A program made the position numbers and the translations under genes. From NCBI RefSeq assembly GCF_006345805.1, contig NC_043000.1:62310001-62374000 (forward strand): a stretch of DNA of 64,000 nt. Direction: 5' to 3'. Under the pieces are notes generated by a model that worked only from the letters and a program-made list of their open reading frames with translations, did not search any database and was not told the DNA's origin. Shown piece after piece: positions 47,560 to 62,041 of this stretch. This DNA is from Octopus sinensis. Taxonomy: Eukaryota. How positions within the stretch are numbered: the first letter of the stretch is position 1; every line of letters begins with the position of its first letter.

Positions 47560-49630
47560 AAATATGTTTCCATAAACACAGAATTACCAGAGACTGCTAG
47601 TCAGGCAGAGGTGGAAAGAGCGCTTAAAGAAATAATGTCCGACATTCAGTATATCACGAGAGCCAAGCAATTTGCGGGCATTTCAGTGCTCTTCAAACAG
47701 TAACTCTTGCCGTCAAACACTTCATGGCTCCCTGTCTGAGTGAAATATATGCTTCCTTGAATTATATTTATGAAGGTGGCCAGTGAGAGTGAAAATCTCA
47801 GGAATTCCACCTGAAGTAGTGGATTTCTACGTATCTATATCAAGGGAGCTCCTATTAAGTGACTCCTTCGACGTGGAAATGGGTACTTTTGACAGTGCAG
47901 ATGTATGCGACCTATTCGATCTCTTCATCCTAGATATACCAGAAAAGACATACCCTCCAACTAACTTTGACCTCTACAGGGATCATGCGCTGGCAATATA
48001 AAGAGGCGCTAACGGCCACACACTAATAGGCTCAGAAATGACCTCACAATCATATGAACTCCCTCGGACTGGAGGTCACTATAGGGACCAACATGAATAC
48101 GATAAATTTCCTTGACTTGACCTTGAACCTGGAATCTGGTGCCGATAGACCCTCTAGGTAACCAAATGGAAAATCGTCTTACATTAACACAAGTGCCTGC
48201 CTTCCAGCCATAGTGTTCAGGAACCTGGTTAAGGGTGTTATCAGGAAAATCATCAGCTTGTCTTCAAGCAAAGAGATCTTTGATGCTACCACCCCGTAGC
48301 ATAACTGGTTCTGATTGCCGGCAGTTTGAAGGTTAATATTAGTTACATACCAGATCCTAGCCCCACCAAGAGAAAGCTCCACCGGAATGTACTGTCGTTC
48401 ACACCGCCATTCTTTTTAAACGTTTTGTCCACAGCGGGTAAGATATTTACTCAGTTTAGTTGATATATACTTCACCCATATCAATAGATTCAGCAAAATA
48501 TTTAATATACACACCCTGAGATTATCCTTTATCTGTGCATCTAGTGTAAAAAAGATTTTAGTAGGTAAGCACACAGCCGAGGCAGGGGCAGGATGCTCAT
48601 GCAGAGGTAAACACAACTTGTGCACTGAACGGCCACTGCAAAACGGAGACAAATGTTTACGAGGTAGAAATAACAGCAGCAGGACAAAATGGACAACCGA
48701 GTCTGCGGAAGTATGTAGGGCAACGGAAAGCCCCTTCAGAATCCGTTTTAATAACCACAAATACTCCTTCAGCATGCAAGAGAGACGTAACTCCACAACC
48801 CTATCCAAGTACGACCGAAATTTGAAAGAAGGTTCCACGGAGTAGACATAATGTGGAAGATCCTAGAAATACTTCAACAGCAGCATGAAGTGCAGATTAT
48901 GCCTGGCTGAGAAGAGAGCAATCTTAAAAGATACCCAACGCCCGGAGCAGGAGTACATCCTATCGTACCTGCTCGCCCCACCATGACTACAACCACAGGT
49001 CCCCATCCACGACCCTAGACCCTCCGCCAACAACCTTCCATCAATGCCCTCGGGCCCGGCAAAAAGACTTTTCCACAGTACACACCAATGCACCCATGTA
49101 CACACGCGCGCACCCTTATAAGACGGACACCCCACAAAGTAGACTCCCATTACTTCTGCACACAAATTGTGCCCCCACAAATGCACATCCTCCTACACAC
49201 ATACATATTCCACACACAAACACACACACACACACACACACACTTTACACACCGCACGCTAGCAAAAAAACTCACGACTTTATCCTTTACAGAAAGAAAA
49301 AAGACCAATGAATACACCTATATATACCTACACCCCCAGATACAATTATGCATATGACACCACAGGAGCACACATTAATAGTACACATCTTCCCCACTTC
49401 CATCCAAGGGATATAACTCCTAACCTAATCCCCTGGCCCCTTTTTCGTTTCATCACCTTTTCCACAGCAGCAGCTGACCGGTTGTGCTAATCCAACTCCG
49501 ACAATAGTCACCATATTCCCTGCCATATAGGCTAACCCTGATGTGCGCAAGGTTCTATAACCGGATTGTTATCTAACACTCCATTCATTTTTTTACGCGA
49601 AACCGATTATTAAGATCAGACGTGAAGGAT
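47560..49630 (+). mobile_element. Second Penelope-like element, degenerate (RT + GIY-YIG, C/A-rich 3' UTR, decayed hammerhead)
   Basis: VVDFYVSISRELL, FDVEMGTFDSADVCDL, DLYRDHAL, INFLDLTLNL, FRIRFNNHKYSF, KCRLCLAEKRAIL. CTGATGT-GCG...CGC-GAAACCGATT at 49538-49608. The 5' boundary is uncertain. Confidence 0.8.
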
Positions 49631-50491
49631 ATATATATATCATTGGCGTCCAGTCGAGCATGTAAGTCATGCAGTTTATGCCCGTATATTTTTTATATAA
49701 CTCAAAAATTAATTTAAGAACGGAATGCATTTATAACTACATTGAAAAGTTACCCAAATCATTGGAAACAGCTAAAATAGTTATTTTGTTTCAAAGGAAA
49801 CCCGTACAGATTCGATAATTTGCTGTAGTATTCCCATTCTTAAAGAAAAACGCATATGAAATATTTTGTCCTCCCCTTCTTATCTTTCAATAACTATCAT
49901 TTCTCTCCTGCCTATCTGTAAAGTCAATGTCTATACGACTCTGTTTTATCTCGACAATGTAACTACGGAAGGTATGCTTTGACAAAAACGCATGTTACAT
50001 TTAGCTTTGGTTTTCCCCTCCTTTTTTATCAGTTCTAAAATTCATTGTAGTTGATGTCGCTAACGCGACAGGCTAAATGGTTGAATAGGTTTGACTTTTT
50101 GACCCGTAAGAATCCTGACCAAAACATATCAACAATCCCATAATTCTTAATTAGCTTAAATGTTGCCCTTACTTTGCAATATCTATTTCTCTCTGTCGTA
50201 AGTTTTGAAATTATTCTTTAACCATCCTCTGTAATGAACAAATTTTCAAAAATTCTGAAATCAGAAATATAATATAGCTAATTAATTTTTCGTTGATTTA
50301 CTAAAATTAGCTTTCCGTTTTGTTGAAATTGATTTACAATTCATGCACACACTCGCACGTGCACTATTACTTTCAGAAGATCTCTAGGATTTTTCAAATA
50401 TTTGTCCAAATGGCCGAAACATGCACACAAATATAAAGACACATTGAAAGATGTGTCTGTGTGTGTGCTTATGTATAAATCATTTTGTATA

Positions 50492-50897
50492 CTCTCTTTT
50501 ACTTGTTTCAGTCCTTTGACTGCGGCCATGCTGGAGCACCGCATTTAGTCGAGCAAATCGACTCCAGGACTTATTCTTTGTAAGCCTAGTACTTATTCTA
50601 TCGGGGTCACTTTTGCCGAATCGCTAAGTTACGGGGACGTAAACATACCACCATCGGTTGTCAAGCAATGTTGGGAGGACAAACACAGACATACAAGCAT
50701 GCATACATATATAAAAAAAAAATATACATATATACGACGGGCTTCTTTCTGTTTCCGTCTACCAAATCCACTCATAAGGCTTTGGTCGGCCCGAGGCCAT
50801 AGTAGACAACATTTGCCTAAGATGCCATGCAGTGGGACTGAACCCGGAACCATGTGGTTGGTAAGCAAGCTACTTACCACACAGCCACTCCTGCGCC
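50492..50897 (-). mobile_element. SINE family B, complete copy
   Basis: Minus strand GGCGCAGGAGTGGCTGTGTGGTAAG head through the GACTGAAACAAGTAAAAGAG tail, with an internal TA/TG tract. Confidence 0.88.
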
Positions 50898-52240
50898 TGA
50901 ATAATTTTCTTTTACATTCTTTCAAATTTTCTTTCATCATTAGGTAAGTGTAATTTACATTTCTTCGTTTCCTTGCGTGTTGCGATAATTCACATCTTTG
51001 CTACTCCCAACAAATGAAAAGAAACGGTAGGTTTTCGTTTAGAGTTTTTAGGACTTTTTACAATATTGAATTTTCGCTGTCTTACATTGTGTGTGCTTAT
51101 GTAGATGCGTATATGTTCAATGCGCGTGCTCGTGTGTGCCCGAGACGTAGTATTTGAATGTACGGAGTTTAGTAAATATCACAACAGGCTGCTCGAAAGA
51201 GGGTCGATAATTTTCCCGAAATTTGCGAGTAGTCTGATAAAGCAGCTGTTTTGTCTTTGACAGTGTAACGGTCTAAAACCATGGCCATATTATGTAACTA
51301 AATATGTTCTCTTAGTTAAACAATTTCAAGATGATTCGGCTCAACCAATAAGTATTTATTGCATGACCAACTTCAGAAGTCACCGCACGCCACTGATATG
51401 TATATATATTTCATGATACAGATGAAGATGTACCTCCCCTGCTGTAATCTATATAGCTGGGCTCACCACTTCACCACACCAAAATCCCAAACTTGGCCTA
51501 GCTATTTATTAACACATGAAATAAATAGCTACCGTGACACACAAGTACCCTATGAACGGGGTTCACATTCCACACAGTATTCAAGTTATAGTAAAAAAAC
51601 AAATCGTTATTCTAGAGTCCCCAAATCCCTTAGGCCTATAAGCCAAGTGTGTTAAAAACACTGCGTCGTAGAAGGAATCATTCTTTTCTCCTGGGACGTA
51701 CACAACAGCATCTAGCATGTTCGCGTTTTGAAACTGCTGGAACGCAAGAAGTATAAATCATCCTTTCAGATTTCTCTGTTTATAGTTGCCAGATATAAAT
51801 ACTGACCAGTAAAGCATTTTGCTCGCTCAAATTATAAAGAAAGCCAGTGGCTTCTTTAGGCTTAATCATCGTGATGATTCTAGTTGACGAAATGCATGTC
51901 GAAATGCTGGTGCACCAGAATGCGTTGATGCAATAACTCGGGTGTATTATGATTACACTGTCACTGTCACCGGAAAGCGATATGTTGTTTTCCTGTGACG
52001 TACACAACAGCCACTATGTTTTCATTTTGAATTTACCGGAACATATTAAGAATTAATATGCAAATTATAGTTTCAAAGTGTAGTAGGATATGTCTATCTA
52101 TTTAATAGTTATAAATATTATAATGTTTAATAGTTATAAATGTTATATTGGTTTCAAATTTTGGCACAAGGCCTGCAATTTCTGGTTCGACTGTGAGTCG
52201 ATTTATTGACCACAGTTCTCAGCTGGTACTTATTCTATAG

Positions 52241-52474
52241 AAGGCGACGAGCTGGCAGAAACGTTAGCACACCGGAAGAAATGCGTGGCCGTATTTCGTC
52301 TGCCGTTACGTTCTGAGTTCAAATTCCGCCGAGGTCGACTTTGCCTTTCATCCTTTCGGGGTCGATAAATTAAGTACCAGTTACGCACTGGGGTCGATGT
52401 AATCGACTTAATCCGTTTATCTGTCCTTGTTTGTCCCCTCTGTGTTTAACCCCTTGTGGGTAGTAAAGAAATAG
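52241..52474 (+). mobile_element. SINE family A copy inserted in an antisense family A copy (52170-52600)
   Basis: Near-perfect head; GGTACTTATT occurs on both sides. Confidence 0.85.
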
Positions 52475-53412
52475 GTACTTATTTTATCGAAGAAAAGCAA
52501 ATTCAACCTCAGCGGAATTTGAACTCACAACGTAAAGATGAGCGAAATACCGCTAAGCATTTTGCCCGGTGAACTAATGAATCTGCCAACTGGCTGCTTT
52601 AGTTACAAATGCTACATTGAATGTTTATGTGAGTATGTATGCATGTTAGTATGTATGTATGTATGTATGTATGTATGTATGTATGAAATGATTCAGTCGA
52701 TGGAAAGGTGCACTAGTGATGACCATTTCAACACCTCCGTGACTAGTGTATGCAAAGGAGGAGGTTATCCACAGAATAAAGGCGTCTCTAGCGCTTGCAA
52801 AAGAACGTGTTCTGCTGAACATGGAACTATTAAACAGGAAAAGGGATAAAGTCGACTAAAAGTTGACCGACGAAGTATTACATGTTCAACTCTTAATTAT
52901 GTATTGAAAATGTCGATGGCTTGAAATCTTCCTCTCGCCCTCTAATAAGGCAAAATCGTTTCGATTAGATCAGACAACAATACTTTAACTTTTATGATAA
53001 TTATGTATTTTAACGCAATTTCATTACTATAATTGCTAATATTATAAGCGATATTCTTGTCATCACTATTATCATTAACTCATCTGTTATAAATGCTATC
53101 CGCAACGTCGAGGGTATTGTTCTGATTGGTATGTTGTGTTATTGCTGTCTCTGCTTACTCCATAAAACGACATTGACATTTGACAAAATCTCTCAAACTA
53201 AAACGGGGGAACAGCCTAACATTAGAAAACGCCCATTGACCGCAACGTGTCTTTCAGGACTTCAATTAATGTTGGATCGTATTACTATATGCCTGCATGT
53301 GTGTGTGTGTGTGTGTGTGCGTGCGCGTGCAACTGTGTTTGTGTGTGTGTGTGTGTGCATATATGTTTTTGGCTCTCTCTCTCTCTGTCTGTCTCTCACG
53401 CTCTCATACATA

Positions 53413-53445
<33 letters not shown>

Positions 53446-53538
53446 ACATATAAACGTCTGTATATATATATATACATATCTGTGTGTGCGTGTGCGCGCT
53501 TAAATATATAAGTATATACATATATATTATATGTTAGA

Positions 53539-53574
<36 letters not shown>

Positions 53575-53737
53575 AAATACATACACACATACACACACAT
53601 ATATATATTCGTGTATGTATATATGTATACGTGTGTTTGTGTATATATATATATGTGTGTGTATGTGTGTATGCATGTACGTATACACACTCACACACAA
53701 ACACGAGCATATATATATGCGTGTGTTTGTATGTATG

Positions 53738-53824
<87 letters not shown>

Positions 53825-54107
53825 ATATATATATGTATGTATGTTGTATGCACACAAACACACACACATACAACATATATGTTCTATTTCAAACTGAAGG
53901 GTTAATATGGTTTATATCCTGGTGTGAAGCAAAGAGCTATGAAGGCGATAAATCGGCTTGAGAGATTTCGAAATCAGTATAGCTGTGCCCAGTTTATGCA
54001 TCATATTTGTTGTAAATGTGTGCGTGTGTGCGCATGTCTGTGTCTGTGTGCGTGTGTATGTGTGAATGTGTATGTGTTCCTGTGTTTTTCATTGTATGTT
54101 TGTGTTC

Positions 54108-54490
54108 TTTTATTCTTTTATTTGTTTCAATCATTTGACTGTGGCCATGCTAGAGCACCGCCTTTAGTCGAACAAATCGACCCCAGGACTTATTCTTTGT
54201 AAGCCTAGTACTTATTCTATTAAAGTCTTTTGCCGATCCGCTAAGTTACGTGGGCGTAAACACACCAATAGCGATTGTCGAGCGATGGTGGGAGGACAAA
54301 CACAGACACACAAACATATACAGGACAGATTTCTTTCAGTTTCCGTTTACCAAATCCACTCACAAGGCTTTGTTCGGCCCGAGGCCATAGCAGAAAACAT
54401 TTGCCTAAGGTGCCACGCAGTGAGATTGAACCCGGAACCATGTGGCTGGTAAGCAAGCTACTTACCACACAGCCACTCCTGCACAGCGCC
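54108..54490 (-). mobile_element. SINE family B, complete copy
   Basis: Colinear with 50492-50897. Confidence 0.88.
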
Positions 54491-55624
54491 TATATATGAT
54501 ATAATTATGACAGGATCATATGACGTCAGTTTTCTCCCTGATTCCTTATGGTATAGCATTGAGATCCGGTTTTGAACTTGAACAAATGGAAATCATGCAA
54601 TACAGCGAAATATGCCGCCAGCGAAATTCTACGTAATAACAACATCAAGTAGAACGACTTGTAGGGAGTAATGCATTCTCTTAAAACCAAATGGCATTTG
54701 AACTTTTATGGAAACACTCCTGCGAAATTAATAATTTCTATTCTTAAACACACACTCACACATCTGTGGATTTCTATACCCCTTGTAGCAATCATTCTTA
54801 TTTCTTTTTATTATTAAAGGACGGTTTTAGCATCAGCAATGACAGAACTGCATTTAAAGGCAATTCACGGGGGATTCATTCGGTGTATCTAATAATTTAC
54901 TTGGTGTTGTTCCTGCTGTTGTTTAGCCCTTGGTCAAACCTGATAAAGCACACCTATTATTAGAAACGTTCAGTATTTTATTCAGAGAGAGTGTAACTAG
55001 AGCTGCGTTATGTACTGTGACCTTCCAATAGACACAATAAACTTTCCCTTTTAATTTACACGTCAACAAATAGCGTAATTCTTTAAAAATAATTCAGGCA
55101 CAAGTTCAGCAGTTTTTGAGGGAAGAGCAGGTCGGTCACATCGACTCCAATAGTCAACTAGTATTTTATTTTATCGACACCTAAAGTATGAAAGGCAAAG
55201 TCAACTACAGCGGCATTTGAACACAGAACTTAAAGAGTCACTCCCTTTACGTCAACTAATACTGTAATGATTCATTTTGTATGCTGACTGATACACCAAC
55301 CGAAAACCCGGTTTTCGTGTAAGGAATTAGCTGAATAGTGTTTTGGAGTGCCCTCCTATTGACTTCTCTTGGCGGTCACAAATTTTAACATATTAGTACA
55401 AGCTCACAATACAATCGTGACTTTGACAGTGCTACCTATACTCACAAACGTAATACGGCTCTTAACGCTAGGATTGCATTAAACAGAATCTTATACACTA
55501 ACTATTGAAGTCCTTTGTATTATTGGCACAAGGTTTGAAATGAATGGAAGGGGTGGGCAAGTAAATTACATTTCTGTAAACCAAATCAAGTACATACACA
55601 TACACACCCATATCTCCGCCACAT

Positions 55625-55700
55625 ACATACACACATGCACGCACATACACACATGCACGCACATACACACATGCACGCACATACACACATGCACGCACAT
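55625..55700. repeat. 18-bp minisatellite (ACATACACACATGCACGC) x about 4
   Basis: Directly visible. Confidence 0.85.
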
Positions 55701-55929
55701 ACACACATACAAACACCCACAAAAACACACAGGCATACGCACACAACACAAAAGTAGTTTTGTCAATAAATACTTAGTCCCAAATATTGTGCAGAATGTA
55801 CAACGCTAATGTACAGGGGAGCAGCTACTGCTTCGCTCCGATTTGATTTACTTCTCTCACATCCACCTATGCGCACCAGTAGGATCTACAGAAGGTGTTA
55901 CTGAGAAATATAAATAACCAATAAGAAAA

Positions 55930-56325
55930 CTTCTCCGTGATCACTCGACCTGTTTGATAGAGCAGCCAAATTTCCATCAAATCACAACCAAACGTCTGAA
56001 GAAAAACGAAAGAGAGAAATGCTGCATTGATGAATATACTCTAAGAAAACTTATGCCAATACGAGAGGTAGAAGATTGCAACGCCTTTGATCAAGTATCT
56101 TATTAAACAGAGATGAACTGAGAGTAAATTACAACACCCCTTACGGAGTCGTTTGACATGCTAGGAATAGTAGCCACCAAATTTCTCTCTAGTACCGTGG
56201 AGACATTGCACTATATAATACTAGATACACTAACCCACAAAACAGACATGATAGTGAATCGGTGTTGGAAAACCCTTGACAATCATTCGTCTGCTCCATT
56301 AGAGACGTCTAAGGGCTAAGCCATG
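55930..56325 (+). repeat. Two diverged tandem copies of an interspersed repeat; antisense tail fragment at about 54905-54975
   Basis: Both begin GTGATCACTCGACCTG/GAGTCGTTTGACATG..GCAGCCAAATTT and continue similarly; family not identified. Confidence 0.45.
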
Positions 56326-59155
56326 AGTTGCTTACAAGAGAAACAATGAAGAAAGCCTTTACGAGGCCATAAAGGCTGAGAGAGACAGAAGCGAAATGTT
56401 TCTCCAATCACATACTGTACTATAAAGAATACTATAAACCTAGATATATCATACTTCAAATAAAGCCGTGATTACCATATATATAATCTCATTGATCATA
56501 GACATGCTGAAGACTGACTTAAGACAAAACAACGACAAAAACATACGGGAGGGGAGACAAAAGTAACATACTTGGATTGCATACTGTATTCCATACAATA
56601 AATAATTGTATGACCTATCATTATGTGGTTGATCTATGCTATGAACATAGCTATTGGTGCATATGTAAAGAAATATTCTTTTAATACTATTACTAGCAGT
56701 CAGGTACAAAATGAATTTGTTTATTTCCTCACTAGCATTGTAGAATATATTAGTGCATCTGGTGACCAATATCAACCGCTTCTCTTTCATGCTGGGAATA
56801 TTTTACTTCTTGTCTTAGAGAAAATAATGATTTCTAATTTAGCCACAAGACTGAACATTTTGAGGGTAGGGTGCTAGTTGATAGACTTGACCCCAATTTT
56901 TTAACGATACTGTATTTTATTGGCTTAGAAGGGATGAAAGGTAAAGATGATATCGAATGAACAAGCGAATACCGCACAAAAGTTTTTTTCCATACTCTAA
57001 CGAGTCTGCCAACTTGTCGCACTCATTGATTTTTGATTCAGGCTCATAACCAAAATTTTGAGAGGAGAGGATCAGTAGATACCATCAGCCCCAGTACTTT
57101 ATCACTACTTTATTTTATCGACCCTGAAAGGTAGTAAAGCAAAGTTAACTTTGACAACATTCGAACTCGGAACATTAAACATTATTTAGAGAAAATAAGA
57201 AATAATAGATCATCCCATTTCTGCTCCTTGCAGTGCAAGATTTCGCCCCTTGATACGTTCTAAGTTCAAATTCCGCCGAGGTCGAGTTGCTTTTCCTCCT
57301 TTCGGGATTGATAAAATAAGTACCAGTTGAGTACTGGGGTTGATGTAATCGACTTACCACATCCCCGAAATTGCTGGCCTTGTGCCAAAATTTGAAAATC
57401 AATATTTCATTCTTGAGATAGCAAATGAGTATGGCAAAATAAACTGGGATCAAGTCTTGCTGCTTGTCGACTTTAGTTGCCAGATGCTTATTGAACTATG
57501 CTAGTCATAAACAAAGATCTTGCTGGTTTATTTCTCACAAAGAAAATTGATTATTTGGTTAATGGAATGTGTGAGTGAATACTTTTTGCAAGAATATAGG
57601 CAACATGAATCAATGAAATTGCTGCAAAACAAAATTGAAATTATGCCTCAATCTTAGCTAGCCAGTAGTTTGTCTCTTGTCTCGACATTGTAGAACAAGA
57701 TAATTATTACTTCTGAAACGTTTTCCTCTGAATCTAGAATTTAAAATAAAAAGATATTCAGTATAAGTTTTTACTTTCATTCTCCCCAATCCCTCTATAT
57801 CATAGTATTTAGCTTGAATATTTTAAGGATTTGAGCATACATCTTTGAACTGTTAATAGACAATGTTGACTAATTACGCACTAACGTTAATACGTTTAAC
57901 TGTACGCAACACCGATAGTGCAAAATGTACTTATATTACTATATTGGTCAGTTCAGGTTGGAAACTTGCGATTTATATCTCTCAATATAATCGATTGTTT
58001 TGCAAGCATAATTTCTGTAACTATTAGTTCTGCCCAATCCGAACATGGCGTACTAAAATCATATAAAATACATACATACATACAGAAATGTATATATATA
58101 TGGGTGAGTATAAGTTCAATAGCAAATCATCTATTATAAAAGAGACTGTATCGACCTAAAAGTAATTGAACTCTCATTCAATCACACTTACTATTTTAGC
58201 CTCTTCTAACTAGAAAAAAATTCTAAAGATCAAAAATCACTGAGAGCTAATCAAAGCTGCATATATCAAAAGTAATTTAATATTATATTGAAATCTGTGA
58301 CCATCATTGATCTGGTAAATTGAACAAACATATTACATTATTTGTTTTCTATTAGGTACGACATTTCAGATTCATAGGGAATGAGAATAAGTTGTTGTGA
58401 TAACTATGCCATTCCCTATTATATAACTATATTTTTTATACTAGTTAAGCACGGAGAATCAGAACCAAATCTCTACGATGTATTTCGGTATAATACAGGC
58501 TTCTAGAAAATATCGCAACATATTATAAAGCATACAAGTAAATTTAGTTTGTATATATATATTTTCCTTGCCCAAGAAATAACAGGCCAGCCTACCAACC
58601 ATAGTTGGGTCCATCAATTCCGGTGCACTATGAACCAAGCATATTATCTGAATAATTAAATATCCAGAACTTGGCGATAAGTATGCGGGAAAAATTAACT
58701 AACAGAGACTATAAATGGATTAATTCTAGTAGTAGTTTCTATGTAAAATATTCTTATAATCAATCCTAAAGGTGTAGAATTAATAGAATTAATATCTACA
58801 ACGACGAAAAATTTAAATTACTTAATTATTATCATAGTAAATTTCTCCTGGGCTATTAACCAAGCACTTTAAGATGTACGTGGCAATCTAAGTGCTTTAC
58901 TAATACAAGACTCATGTTTAATATTTAACGAATCTCTTATCTTACTATGTTCTCAAGAAAGACGTGAGAATCATACAGTCTCATTTTCCTTATATAATCT
59001 CTCAAAATAACTTAATTTAGGATAAAATTAGCAAATCACACATTCACACATACTTTCTCTCTCTTCCTCTCTCTTTCTCTCTCTCTCTCTCTCTCTGTCT
59101 CTTTCTCTAACACAAGCATGTGTGTATATATGTATATTATATATACATGTATATA

Positions 59156-59201
<46 letters not shown>

Positions 59202-59599
59202 GTGTGTATATATATATATATATTATATATATATATATATATACACACACATATATCTTATTTTTATTTTTCTAACACTCTGTTGGGCGACTTATTTCAA
59301 CCATTCTACTCGATCCCTCTTCTTTTAATCATAAGATATTGTTATTCTGTTTTCCAGTACTGCGAAAGCACAACCTTTAAAATCAGTGCTAATGGCCAAG
59401 TTGTTACCCTGTCTATGCTATTTCAAGGCGACGAGCTGGCAGAAACATTAGCATGCCAGACGAAAGACCTAGCGATATTTCGCCTGTCTTTTTCGGTCTG
59501 AGTTCAAATTCCACCGAGGTCGACTTTGCCTTTCATCTTTTTTGGTTCGATAAGTTAAGTACTAGTTGCGTATTAGGGTCCTTCTAATCGACATTTTAC

Positions 59600-60260
59600 A
59601 TGACAGCTTCTTTCATTAGCTATGTTCCATGCTGTATATGCATTCATTTTTCCTACTGCTTTTGTCACACGCTCCATGTCTTAAGTCTGGTAAATTTCCT
59701 AAGCCCCAATATTTCTGATGCTTTGTTAATTTGTTTATATATCCTTCCATCCCGCCACAGCCCGTGAGTTCTTCACAACACTCTTTGATTTTAGGAGTTG
59801 TCACTGGGACCTTAGAAGTTTTTCTCTGACTTCATCATCACAGAATGTATAACCAACTCCTATTTGCAATTAGTTCAGATAATATATCTGTTGAAAGAAG
59901 TCAAGGTTTCTTTCATGGATGAAGAGCTAACAATGCTAGAATCTACTTATTTTTATCTCTTTTTCTGTTCACTACTCAGTTAAAATTTGCAGTGTAACCA
60001 ATTTGTTTACTTTCACAGTGTTGTTACAGTTTACTTTTCAAATTATCTAAATGATTTATATAATGCACAAGTAATCTATTTATCCACGTTTTCAACATTT
60101 GCAATGTTGTGCAAATTAAACAGACCATTTTAATTGTGCCTAGACTATTAAAATGCATGAGTTTTTTTGTGATCAGAACACAGGAGAGTTTTGAAAGGCT
60201 TGGTGAAACTGATGGCGCATTTTTAACTTTGATACTTGTTCCATTTCTTTTCTTGTTGAA
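59600..60260 (-). mobile_element. Possible highly decayed LTR-retrotransposon gag remnant
   Basis: Frameshifted minus-strand peptides LDNLKSKL*QHCESK and ELIANR..VGYTFCDDEVREKLLR resemble Ty3/gypsy gag motifs from memory; not verified. Confidence 0.3.
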
Positions 60261-60419
60261 CTGTGAGTTACAAAGACGTAAACAAACGAGCAGCAGTTGC
60301 CAAGTTGACGGGCAGAAACGCACGCACAGACATGCGCGAGCATAAACGGAAACAAGCACACACACACATGTATTTATGTATGCGTACATGTACATATGCC
60401 TCTCTCTCTATATATATAG

Positions 60420-61118
60420 AGAGTTTTTGCTGATCAAGAGTTTTTGCTGATCGGGACATCCGAACCGAAACCAAACTCATGGTGTACAGGGCAGTCATTA
60501 TTCCAACCCTCCTTTACGCATCCGAAACCTGGACCCCGTATAGTCACCACCTGAAAACGCTCGAGAAATGTCACCAACGCTGTCTTCGGAAGATCCTTAA
60601 CATCAGCTGGGAAGACAGAAGAACTAACGTCTGCGTGCTACAAGAAGCAAAAATGACCAGCATCGAAGCCTATGTCATCAAAGGCCAACTAAGATGGAGC
60701 GACCACGTGGTTAGAATGACTGACGAACGACTTCCCAAACAGATCTTCTACTCCCAACTCAAATACGGCAAGTGTACAAAAGGAGGCCAGAAGAAACGCT
60801 ACAAGGACTCCATGAAAACGAACCTCAAAAAGTGTGACATCGACTTCACTAACTGGGAGGAAACGGCAAAAAACAAACCACTCTGGAAAACCACCATCCA
60901 TGAGGGAACGGCGACTTTCGAGTCGAAAAGGTCTGCAGAGCTGGAGGAGAAAAGACGACGACGGAAGGAGCGCCAACAACAACCACATGCGACTCTCCTT
61001 TCTGGCACTAGATGTCCGCACTGCGACCGATCTTTTCAAGCAAGAATTGGTCTTATCGGTCACCTACGGACTCACCAGTAAATTTGCGCGAAGACCATCA
61101 TCCTCGACCTTGAGGGAT

Positions 61119-61125
<7 letters not shown>
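60420..61125 (+). mobile_element. 5'-truncated RTE (BovB-like) LINE 3' end
   Basis: Uninterrupted ORF 60479-61081: VYRAVIIPTLLYASETW..CLRKILNISW..LRWSDHVVRM..PKQIFY..GGQKKRYKD and a terminal C2H2 finger CPHC..HLRTH. Short 3' UTR ending in (TA)n. Confidence 0.92.
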
Positions 61126-61188
<63 letters not shown>

Positions 61189-61209
61189 CGTGTGTATGTG
61201 TGTGTGTAT

Positions 61210-61255
<46 letters not shown>

Positions 61256-61805
61256 GCATGTTTGTGTGTGTGTGTAAGTGTGACTGTGTGCATATGTAAA
61301 TTGATGGATAAGTAAGTAGGTAGGGAACGAACGAGCGAGGTAGGTGACAATTCGTCACGAGATCAATTCCGCAATAACGTCCAACATCCAGATTATTTCA
61401 TTTTGTTATTCTAGTTTCAGTTTGTAATGTTTGTTTATATTTCAGTTGGAAACTGAGCACATGAAATTGATAATTGTTTCGTAATTTTGTAATGTAAATA
61501 AATGAAGATGATGACTGGTGATACAGAAAAGATAACAAGGAAAATAACTCCTAAATCACAAGTTATTTAATTACCTTAAATGGAATACGTTAATCACAAC
61601 TGATTGAGCAAGTACCAAATTTCGAATATTTATCCAACGACAACAAAACTAATCAAAAGTAAAAATGGAAGGATTCAAAGCAAATATATTAGAAATATGA
61701 TGAACAAATATAATTCTTAGCAAAAATAAATTTCTTCAAATGCAGTTTATAATTTTTCTGAAATTATATTAAATCGGTTTTGTTTTAAATGTGTATATAG
61801 TTTTA

Positions 61806-61929
<124 letters not shown>

Positions 61930-61937
61930 CTCTCTCA

Positions 61938-62003
<66 letters not shown>

Positions 62004-62041
62004 ATTCCTTTCTCTTTCTCTCCTCTCACTTTCGACATATA

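Noticed and set aside
51499-51531. 12-bp AT-rich hairpin TAGCTATTTATT/AATAAATAGCTA
   Set aside because: Low-complexity and isolated; plausible by chance in AT-rich DNA.
56449-56877. Overlapping 113-aa (-) and 84-aa (+) ORFs as candidate host exons
   Set aside because: The best acceptor site puts stops in all frames and there is no recognisable protein similarity.
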